A DNA stretch of 64,000 bases, taken from the NCBI RefSeq assembly GCF_001194135.2, contig NC_068994.1, forward strand, positions 8,775,492 through 8,839,491. Direction: 5' to 3'. The notes beneath the pieces were generated by a model. That model searched no databases and was not told where the DNA came from. It was given only the letters and a program-made list of their open reading frames with translations. Position numbers and translations under genes: made by a program. Shown in pieces: positions 53,941-64,000 of this stretch (the stretch's first letter is position 1; every line of letters begins with the position of its first letter). The DNA comes from Octopus bimaculoides. Lineage: Eukaryota.

Positions 53941-54849
53941 ATTCAGCCTTCCACGGCACGTGCCCAAGGTGGCACGCGGTTAGGAAGTAAACTTCTTACC
54001 TCAAAGCCCCGCTTTCCCCTGAGGCTCTCATATATTAGAAGCATTGCATCACCCATGCATTCTAAGATTGCTGTATTCTATGAATAATCTTCCCCTCATG
54101 TGTTCTGTAATACCAAATTTTCTTTTCTCCACGATTTTATGTACCCTTCGCCTTTCATGAAATACGAAATCACTCGCATTTTCCCACTACATTTCTGTCC
54201 CTGTGGCAATGACAAACCCCTATTTTTGATAGTTTCTAATAGCATCATGATCATCGTCATCGTCGTCATCATCATCATAAGCAGCATCAGCATCAACATC
54301 AGCATCATCATCGTCATCATCACGCTGTGTAGCAGGCTCTTGATTGATCGTCCCGTAAGAATACTTGAAGTGTAAACCGTAAAGACATTTCAGAAGGCGC
54401 TTTAGAGAACCTCGAAGGGGACTGTAAGTTGTTGGGAGAGAGAAACGTATAAGTGAGAGAAAGGGTCATATATAGTAACAAGGGTCAGTTAAAGAGTGTT
54501 CATGCAGTATAAACATTTACGAATTTCCTTGACAGAGGTCGTTTCCATAATTCGAAATTTACATCATGTCTCATGACATATTACACAACAAGATAATTAC
54601 ACAGTACCATGTTGTATTCCGAAGATATTATTATGTTAATCTCCGGTTGATATATATTACATGCCACTAAATTCGATTTTGATATTCATCATGGAGTCTC
54701 TTGTGCCAGGCAGAGCAACAATAGTTGATAGATTTGCAGTTGGTTTTGTTGTCAGTTTTGTTGTTGCTGCTAGTTAGACCTGTGTCAGCCCTTAATGAGA
54801 ATGGATGGAGAATTTGGTGTCATTAAAGCATTATCTGAAGACAACGTGT

Positions 54850-55085
54850 ATTAGTGGTTAGATTATTCGGCTCACGATTGCAAGGTCGTGAGTTCGATAC
54901 ACGCAACGTGTCGTGTCCCACAGTAAGACACTTTATTTCGCGTTGCTCCATTCAACTCAGCTCGTAAAAATCTTTCCTGTCAGCCACGTTAGGGGTTCGC
55001 GTGTCTGTGGCGTGTATGACCACTTTCACGTTACTTTCACTAGCCGGATTCTCCCGCTATCGGGTCAGCTAGGGCACGCGTCATC
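54850..55085 (+). mobile_element. Diverged SINE with CORE-type centre and family-D-type tail
   Basis: GAGTTCGATAC, GTAAGACACTTTATTTCGCGTTGCTCC (family C-like), then ACGTTAGGGGTTCGCGTGTCTGTGG...CACTTTCACGTTA, homologous to 41228-41330. Confidence 0.6.
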
Positions 55086-55604
55086 GAAATCGACAGAGTA
55101 CCAGTTAGTAGATTACATAAAATCTCGCCCGTTTTTTTTTTTTAATGATTCTTAGCGATCGGAGTTCAAATCTCATCCGAGTAAACTTTGCCTTTTTATA
55201 GCACGATGAAAATGCAGTAATCTAGGTCATCAGATTGAGAGAAAGGCTACAAGCTAAGAAAATATATATCTTGTAGTATTTGTGCTAACTCTTTCGTTCT
55301 GAGTGCAATGCATGTATTGATACGGGTTCTAAGATGTAGAAGAACAAAAGGACTTTCATGTGGTTGGAAGAACTGTAGGCATAAGAAAATTTTTTTCTGT
55401 TTACTCTTACGCGAATTATACTGTGGCCATGCTTAGGCACCGCACTGACTGGTTTAAACGAATAAATCAAACCTAATGCTTAGGCCTTACTCCGTAGGTT
55501 CTCCTTTGCCGAATAGTTAATTTACACGGACGTAAGTAAACCAACACTGGTTGTCAAATGATGCGGCAAACACAAACAGAAAGGCACTTATTAAAAAAAA
55601 AATG

Positions 55605-55636
55605 CAAAGATCTATCTATCTATCTATCTATCTGTA

Positions 55637-55697
<61 letters not shown>

Positions 55698-55778
55698 GCT
55701 GTCTATCTATCTATCTATCTATCTAGCCATCCATCCATCCATCCATCATCTATCCATCCATCCATCTATCTACAGGAG

Positions 55779-55825
<47 letters not shown>
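55605..55825. repeat. Compound (TATC)n(TGTC)n(CATC)n(CA)n microsatellite
   Basis: Direct reading. Confidence 0.95.
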
Positions 55826-56984
55826 CAGGACGTTCTTTGCTCATTATTTCCTTTTGCGGAATCAGATTTCCAGTCATTGGCCATCTCGAAACGATAGTAC
55901 AATATACTGCCGAAGTTGTCACGCAGAGCGGGTCTGGACTGAAGTCCATGTAACAACCATACTTGTATCTGTAGATAATACTTTACGTTTCTTTGATAAA
56001 TAAGTGTGAGAAATATTTAGTCTCCTACAAGTCCATCACGAGGAAAGACACCCAAGGGTATATTAAGCAGACGAAAATAATGCTTTTCTTGCGTGTTCAA
56101 ATAAAGATCAAAGGTAATATTTCCATTAGATAATGTTTTATTTGTTGATTAGATTTTCGTTTCCTTATATGACTGACATCAAAAATTCGTAGCCCAATAC
56201 ATCACCAGGGAAACATCAAATAGAGTAACCATAAGAAATATTTACAAAAAACACAGTGAAGGAGCACATATAACGTCGATTATGTTGCTAGTTATAGTAG
56301 CTATATCTTACTCACATAACACCATATCGTCTTAATCAATGAAAACGAAAAAAAGTTGGATTTATCATAGGTGAAACGGCTTCGGTAATTTGATTTTACA
56401 TCGAGTTTGATCAGGAGCTAAGGCGTTACAACCAGAAGAAAATCATGAAGTATCAACGGTAAGCACCCTGGTTCGAAATGCTGGCAGCTTAGATCGGAAA
56501 GAATCAAAGTGCTGTCGCTTGTATTAGTCTGAATTAGCGAGGATCAAACTACGTGAAGCGTCGATCAGCCTTGCATTAACCCGGATTATAATGTCGGTAC
56601 ACTGCATCAACCTAGAAGAATTTGAATAAGATTATTCGTTGACTGGATTAAATTAGATCAACATGGATCAATATTCTTGCAGTCTGAATTAAAAAGGAAG
56701 CAGAAATTTACCATTTTTAAAAAATAAATAACATTGAATTGTAAATTACTAGTGCTTCTTTTTTAAAAAAAATATTATGGTGCGCTTATGATACGAATTT
56801 GTATAAATAACTTACGGGTAATATTTAAAATTAAAGCGTCTATATAATTTAACCAATCCCGGAGAAATAAGCAGCCAGTCTGTTTATATATTTGTATGTG
56901 TTTCTCTGCATCTGCGTGAATGCGTCTGTGTGTCTGTGTATGTGTACACGTGTGTGTGTGTTTGTGCGCGCACGCACGCGTTCT

Positions 56985-57310
56985 TCATAGCAAATGGTTT
57001 AAATCTGCGTAGGCTAGTAACCAAGTCCAAGGTGATATAGGATTTGGCGCGTGACTTCCTATTTGCAGACGACAGTGCTCTCAACGCCCGCCACCGACGT
57101 GGCCCAGATGCAGCAGATGATGAACTGATTTGCCACTGCCTGTCAAAAATTTGGCATCACAATCAGTATCCAGATAACAGAGCCCATGCAACAACCTGCC
57201 TCGCAGAAACCGTTTGTGAAACCAGGCATCACTGTTGTAGAAGAAAACCTGTTGGTTGTTGTTAAGTTCACGTACCTCGTCAGCACAATCACTGAACACA
57301 CAGATCTGCT
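56985..57310 (+). mobile_element. RTE/BovB-type LINE reverse transcriptase fragment (stops and a frameshift)
   Basis: NLRRLVTKSKVI*DLARDFLFADDSALNA (FADD at 57062-57073), then shifted MQQMMN*FATACQKFGITISIQITEPMQQPASQKPFVKPGITV...VVKFTYLVSTI. This matches the RTE-BovB RT pattern around the catalytic ADD and the F.YLGS motif. Confidence 0.85.
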
Positions 57311-57692
57311 TAAAAACATGCCCTCATCCACTCCCAACTGAAGAGGACATTTTTTTCAAAGTTATGGACTGGATCACTATATATAAATAGTAGCGGTCTG
57401 AATAAGTGAAATAAAACGTCTTACTTCCACTGTTCAAAATGTTGATAATTCAAAGTTGGAGTTCAAAGTTTACAGTTCGAGTTAGTGTGTTGGATTGTTG
57501 GTTGTTAAAAGACTGCTGTTGCGTTACGTGTGGTTACTGGCGTTTGTTTCGAGTATATTGTTATTACACCGTTGCAGTGTATTCGTTTATCCATAAGGAT
57601 ATAACATGGACAGAAAAAGTCCTTCAACAAAACAATCACAGACACACTACAGAGCTTTCAGATCAACCCCGATATCTAGGAAACGCAAGCGC

Positions 57693-57733
<41 letters not shown>

Positions 57734-57827
57734 ATTTTGCAAATTACTTAGGCAAAATATATTCATCTACTATTTCCATCACTGAAAAGAAGTAAATACT
57801 GTCTATTAAACACTTTAGTACATTACA

Positions 57828-57879
57828 TTATACGGATGAGGCCTAATAAGGACGAAACTGACCAACGTTTCCTATAAGT
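57828..57879 (+). ncRNA. Degenerate hammerhead-like motif
   Basis: CGGATGA-GGCCT-AATA-AGGAC-GAAAC: one substitution in the CUGANGA box, one stem II mismatch, intact GAAAC. Stems I and III are weak. Confidence 0.35.
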
Positions 57880-58520
57880 TACAATATAATACTTTCCTCT
57901 TTCTCTGAGAGTGTTTAGCAGTTGCTGTTACGTTAAATATTCCTTTCCTTCACAAGCTGAGAAAATAAGTAAATATTGGAAGAAAACATTTTAAATAACA
58001 AATGAGTGGAAATTGAACCGGTGAGTGTATTAGATAATAAAGCATTAAGGCAATATGGCTCTCCCCACAGACAACAAAATAAATAGATACTATTCTCAAA
58101 GTATTTCATGACGTCATTCAGAACATGACATCATGAATATAGTCTCTATCTACGTTGCTTTAAAAGATGCATAAACATCAGAGTTTCTGATGTTTATCAA
58201 TTCTGAATAAATTAATTTTCTTAGTGGTGTAATCGCCAAGAAACTAAAGCATACATTTGCATAATTCTGTCTGGTTCATTAAAGAGCACGAGGTTAATTG
58301 TCTAGAAAGTCGCATTTATAACCGGTTTTGGTAAGTCCTTAAGGAAATGCAATACATTTGGCAAATTATTTAATTCTTAATCTTCTAAAATATAAATACT
58401 TCGTGAATTATTTCAGCATAAATCGATATTCTAAATTGCAGCAAATAAGAGCCAGCCTAATACATGCATACGTACAAGCATACATTCATACATACATACA
58501 TACACACAGACACACAGACA

Positions 58521-58564
<44 letters not shown>

Positions 58565-58598
58565 NNNNNNNNNNNNNNNNNNNNNNNNNNNNNNNNNN

Positions 58599-58653
<55 letters not shown>

Positions 58654-58788
58654 TATATATATATATATACATACATATACATATATGCATACATATACAA
58701 ACGGAAACGTACACACTAGCAGATATACATGTAGTATATATATGAATACACAGATGCAGACATACACACACACACACGCACATATACA

Positions 58789-58856
<68 letters not shown>

Positions 58857-59716
58857 NNNNNNNNNNNNNNNNNNNNNNNNNNNNNNNNNNNNNNNNNNNN
58901 NNNNNNNNNNNNNNNNNNNNNNNNNNNNNNNNNNNNNNNNNNNNNNNNNNNNNNNNNNNNNNNNNNNNNNNNNNNNNNNNNNNNNNNNNNNNNNNNNNNN
59001 NNNNNNNNNNNNNNNNNNNNNNNNNNNNNNNNNNNNNNNNNNNNNNNNNNNNNNNNNNNNNNNNNNNNNNNNNNNNNNNNNNNNNNNNNNNNNNNNNNNN
59101 NNNNNNNNNNNNNNNNNNNNNNNNNNNNNNNNNNNNNNNNNNNNNNNNNNNNNNNNNNNNNNNNNNNNNNNNNNNNNNNNNNNNNNNNNNNNNNNNNNNN
59201 NNNNNNNNNNNNNNNNNNNNNNNNNNNNNNNNNNNNNNNNNNNNNNNNNNNNNNNNNNNNNNNNNNNNNNNNNNNNNNNNNNNNNNNNNNNNNNNNNNNN
59301 NNNNNNNNNNNNNNNNNNNNNNNNNNNNNNNNNNNNNNNNNNNNNNNNNNNNNNNNNNNNNNNNNNNNNNNNNNNNNNNNNNNNNNNNNNNNNNNNNNNN
59401 NNNNNNNNNNNNNNNNNNNNNNNNNNNNNNNNNNNNNNNNNNNNNNNNNNNNNNNNNNNNNNNNNNNNNNNNNNNNNNNNNNNNNNNNNNNNNNNNNNNN
59501 NNNNNNNNNNNNNNNNNNNNNNNNNNNNNNNNNNNNNNNNNNNNNNNNNNNNNNNNNNNNNNNNNNNNNNNNNNNNNNNNNNNNNNNNNNNNNNNNNNNN
59601 NNNNNNNNNNNNNNNNNNNNNNNNNNNNNNNNNNNNNNNNNNNNNNNNNNNNNNNNNNNNNNNNNNNNNNNNNNNNNNNNNNNNNNNNNNNNNNNNNNNN
59701 NNNNNNNNNNNNNNNN

Positions 59717-59757
<41 letters not shown>

Positions 59758-60423
59758 TATGCATATACCTATATATATTTATATATATATATATATGAGT
59801 GTGCGTATTCGGATGTGGTGTTTGGTGTCAACGAATTTCCGCGCATTTGCATATACCAATAGGTGTATGTAGCTACTTCCCCAATCCTGTACATACCTCA
59901 TTCACACCTGTTCTTCTCATTCGTTCTCAACTGTAACTGTAGCGATCTACAAAGTTAAAGTTCTCCAAAATTTGTTACCTTTGCAACAGTTTACGTCGTT
60001 AACTTTACAAATAATGACATAAGCACAAAAGAACCGAAACACTTTCAATCTTATTCCAACTCTCTCTCTCTCTCTCTGACTCTGACTCTGTCTCGTTTTA
60101 TCTCTCTCCCTCTCTCTCCCTCTTTCTAGCTATATCACTCCCTCAATCTCTCTGTTTCTTTCTAAGCTTGCACACATTACCATTACTGCTAATGTTGCGT
60201 TCTTTCTTTCGTTCTTTCTTTCTTTCTGAAGTTTCATAGTAAAAGTAATAGTTAAAAGTTAGTTTATTTTATCGATTACAAACGAAAGCAGATTATGTTT
60301 CTTCGATAAAATGTCGATGACTTCTCAAATAAATAAAGATGCAAAGTGTGTGTGTGTTTGTATATTTGTATGTGTGAAGTCTGTTTCTGAGTGCGTGCAT
60401 ATGCTTTGATGCACACTCGCACA

Positions 60424-60499
<76 letters not shown>

Positions 60500-61148
60500 N
60501 NNNNNNNNNNNNNNNNNNNNNNNNNNNNNNNNNNNNNNNNNNNNNNNNNNNNNNNNNNNNNNNNNNNNNNNNNNNNNNNNNNNNNNNNNNNNNNNNNNNN
60601 NNNNNNNNNNNNNNNNNNNNNNNNNNNNNNNNNNNNNNNNNNNNNNNNNNNNNNNNNNNNNNNNNNNNNNNNNNNNNNNNNNNNNNNNNNNNNNNNNNNN
60701 NNNNNNNNNNNNNNNNNNNNNNNNNNNNNNNNNNNNNNNNNNNNNNNNNNNNNNNNNNNNNNNNNNNNNNNNNNNNNNNNNNNNNNNNNNNNNNNNNNNN
60801 NNNNNNNNNNNNNNNNNNNNNNNNNNNNNNNNNNNNNNNNNNNNNNNNNNNNNNNNNNNNNNNNNNNNNNNNNNNNNNNNNNNNNNNNNNNNNNNNNNNN
60901 NNNNNNNNNNNNNNNNNNNNNNNNNNNNNNNNNNNNNNNNNNNNNNNNNNNNNNNNNNNNNNNNNNNNNNNNNNNNNNNNNNNNNNNNNNNNNNNNNNNN
61001 NNNNNNNNNNNNNNNNNNNNNNNNNNNNNNNNNNNNNNNNNNNNNNNNNNNNNNNNNNNNNNNNNNNNNNNNNNNNNNNNNNNNNNNNNNNNNATATATA
61101 TATATATATATATATACACATACATAGAGGGAGAATTAGAGGGAGAAT

Positions 61149-61184
<36 letters not shown>

Positions 61185-61204
61185 AAGAGAGAGATAGAGA
61201 GAGG

Positions 61205-61242
<38 letters not shown>

Positions 61243-62183
61243 TTGAGACACATGAATGCATATATATTCTAACGTTTATATATATGCTTATAAATATGGA
61301 TGCTTACATATATTGTTATGCTTATGTGTTTATGGATACATTTTTACATACCCATATGCACACGTACGAATATATATACACACACACATACACATACATA
61401 TACACATACTGCATGCTACATAATACGTATATACGCACGTTAATGTGTTTCTATATAAAGCTATTATATCTACTTGACTATGAATATCGTTTTGGCTGAG
61501 CATTTCTATTCTAGGTGAAGTGAAATCTCTTAAAAAAACCGACTCTTATGTACTATGCCGTCTATACTGACGTTTCAAATTGATTTTAACAGCACTGCTT
61601 TTAAATTGAATGGTTGTAGTTATTCCTGCTGTTGTCGTTGCTGCTGCTTCTGCTGCTGCTGCTGCTGCGACCAGATCCGATGGTTCTGCTGATGCTGTTG
61701 ATGATGATAGTGATGATCATAATGTTAATAGTTACTGGTATTGGTGGTGGTGGTGGTGGTAGCGGTGAGTATGTAGAGTCTAACATTTTAGGCTTCGTCG
61801 AACTGATATATGACCGAAAGCCGTTCCAGAAATGACCAACGAATATATATTTTTTTTTTTTTTTTTTTTTTTTCGTTGTTATGTATAATGGGCTAGATCG
61901 TCCATTGTGTCCTTTTATGTTTTATCTTTTAATTGTTTCAGTAATTAAGAATGTGGCCATGCTGGGGCACTGCATTGAAGTCTTCAGTCAAATGAGTCAA
62001 TTCCAGTGCATGAACTATCAAATTCTTAATTGCCGAATCGCTTGGTTACGGAGACGTAAGCTGTTGTCAGACATGTATGCATGTGTGTCGGACAATCCGA
62101 CACACATGCATACATACATACGTACATACACAGACACACACACACACACACAATCACACAGACACACAATCAATCAGACACAC

Positions 62184-62340
62184 GGCATTTAGTCCGTCTT
62201 TACGTTCTGCGTTCAAATTCCGCCGAGGTTGACTTTACCTTTCTTCCTTTCGGGGTCGATAAATTAAGTACCAGTTAAATACTGGGGGCCATGTAATCGA
62301 CTATTCCTCTCACCCCAAATTTCAGGCCTTGTAGAAAGGA
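62184..62340 (+). mobile_element. SINE family A, 5'-truncated
   Basis: TACGTTCTGCGTTCAAATTCCGCCGAGG...GGGGTCGATAAATTAAGTACCAGTT. Confidence 0.8.
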
Positions 62341-62762
62341 TTATATTGTATAAATTCATCTTTTCCGATTAAATGTTGAATAATGATATTTCGTGCTGTG
62401 TACAAGATACTTAACTTTTTCTGACAACCACAAGAATGATAACCTATTCTATGATTGGCAGTCTTGCCTTTTCCAGCGGCAGTGATTTAATAACTTAACA
62501 TACTTTAACGGATATATTCATGCCAATCATTTAACCTTATCTTTCCTTTACCTGCAACCTTATTTTGTTTCTATTAAGTAAGTACTTTTTTATTATTATT
62601 TCTCAAGTTTGTAATCAATTTTCTTTTATTCATTTACTATTTTTCTCACCCTCGTTCTCACTATGCTTCTAATTTACTCTTTCATTTTCATGAACTTTTG
62701 ATACGCTAAGGGTTGAAACACATACCATATACGTTGTTCCTTTTAATGTCTATTGATCAATT

Positions 62763-62825
62763 GAAGGCGCATAGCTCAGTGGTTAGAGCACCGTGCTCAC
62801 AATCATGAGGTAGTGAGAGCGATTG
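62763..62825 (+). mobile_element. SINE family C tRNA head only
   Basis: GAAGGCGCATAGCTCAGTGGTTAGAGC...TCACAATCATGAGGTAGTGAG, interrupted next to the SINE A dimer. Confidence 0.65.
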
Positions 62826-62834
62826 TACTATAGG

Positions 62835-63280
62835 AACAAAGCCTGAAATTTGGGGTTGGGGATTAGTCGATTACATCGACCCCAGTTCACAGCTGGTACT
62901 TATTTTATCGAACCCTGAAAAGCTAAAAAGCAAAGTCGACCACGGCGGAGTTTGAACTCAAAACGTAACGGCAGACGAAATACCAATACGCATTTCGCCC
63001 GGGCGAAATTCTGCTAAGAATTTTCCTCGGCGCACTAACGTTTCTTATTTCTTTATTGCCCACAAGAGGCTAAACATAGAGGAGACAAACAAGGACAGAC
63101 AAAGGTATTAAGTCGATTACGTCGACCTCAAAGTTCAACTGGTACTTAATATTTTCGACCTCGAAAGGATGAAAAGCAAAGTCGACCCCGGCGGAATTTG
63201 AACTCAGAACGTAACGGCAGACGAAATGTCGCTAAGCGTTTCGCCCGCCGTGCTAACGCTTCTGCCAGCTCACTGCCTTA
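62835..63280 (-). mobile_element. SINE A dimer (full copy fused to a head-truncated copy)
   Basis: Junction GGCGCACTAACGTTTCT|TATTTCTTTATTGCC at 63029-63060; both units have a B-box and body. Confidence 0.85.
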
Positions 63281-64000
63281 TATCGAAAACAAATAATACG
63301 AGGCATTCTACGCCATTTATTAACAACTCTCACAACTTGCCACTTTAGGAAGTATATGCGTATGAGGATAAATGATATAGAGGAGTATTACACTGGCTAA
63401 ATATATATCTATTTGGGTTTCACATATATAAAGTGCCGATATATAACAAACAAAAAAAGTCATTTATAATGCAAAATTTTCATTGACCTCCTACATGTTA
63501 TGGAGCTAGCTCATAAAATCGATGAGTTTTGTTTGAATACGTTTTTTTTTTATCTAGATAATTGCATAATCATCGATGTGATAATCAACAATGCGTTCAA
63601 TAACATAGAATATAGAATTTTCAATGAAATTAACTATAATTAAATACGCCACTCATTCCGCCGATATTTATCGTTTATAAGTTCGCATTTGCAGCCTCTA
63701 ATAATTCGTGTCCGGTAGTTTATAGGTGGCTGGTGCGATACGATATGGATATAATACAATTAGTTTGTCGTCTTGCAGTAATGAGCTCCGATTTCACTGC
63801 CTAATAAAGCTGTGAGTGTTCCGTGTACAAGCAGTATTAACGAATATTGAAAGCTACCACAAATCATGCATTCTTTAATATGTAGGAAACATTCAAGGTT
63901 CCTCTGTATAGCCACTTGCTCTCCTTCAAATACTAAATGATCATCAAAGCAAGCGCTCAACAGACGCGCGCATGCGCACACACAGATGTTCTAATATGTC

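Noticed and set aside
56370-56465. Plus-strand exon candidate FYIEFDQELRRYNQKKIMKYQR with a GTAAGC donor
   Set aside because: All three frames from the upstream acceptor contain a stop.
62993-63008. Perfect 16-bp palindrome TTTCGCCCGGGCGAAA
   Set aside because: Arises by chance at the junction of a roughly 30-bp tandem duplication within a SINE head.

Overview
AT-rich eukaryotic (metazoan) genomic DNA with about 20 N-gaps, nearly all flanked by (TA)n/(CA)n/(GA)n microsatellites. The microsatellite load and the tRNA-derived SINE families resemble octopus genomes (inference; not verified by search). Most ORFs in the supplied track are artefacts of microsatellites, gaps or SINEs. Supported content: (i) a 5'-truncated Penelope-like retroelement (PLE) on the minus strand, with an open GIY-YIG endonuclease frame (46563-47420) and a decayed hammerhead ribozyme in its 3' region; (ii) two more decayed GIY-YIG fragments and two more hammerhead-like motifs; (iii) an RTE/BovB-type RT fragment and a probable Ty3/gypsy relic; (iv) dozens of SINE copies from at least four families, labelled A-D here; (v) candidate spliced exons of an unidentified minus-strand gene (42611-42772, 10715-10756, 6353-6582, possibly 4515-4662). 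The most interesting signals are three SINE-A/SINE-A fusions at the same junction (a self-insertion hotspot or a nascent dimeric SINE), a recursive-splice-like AG|GTAAGA site, and the ribozyme-bearing PLE relics. There are no rRNA, bona fide tRNA or CRISPR features. All calls were made by eye; no database searches were run.
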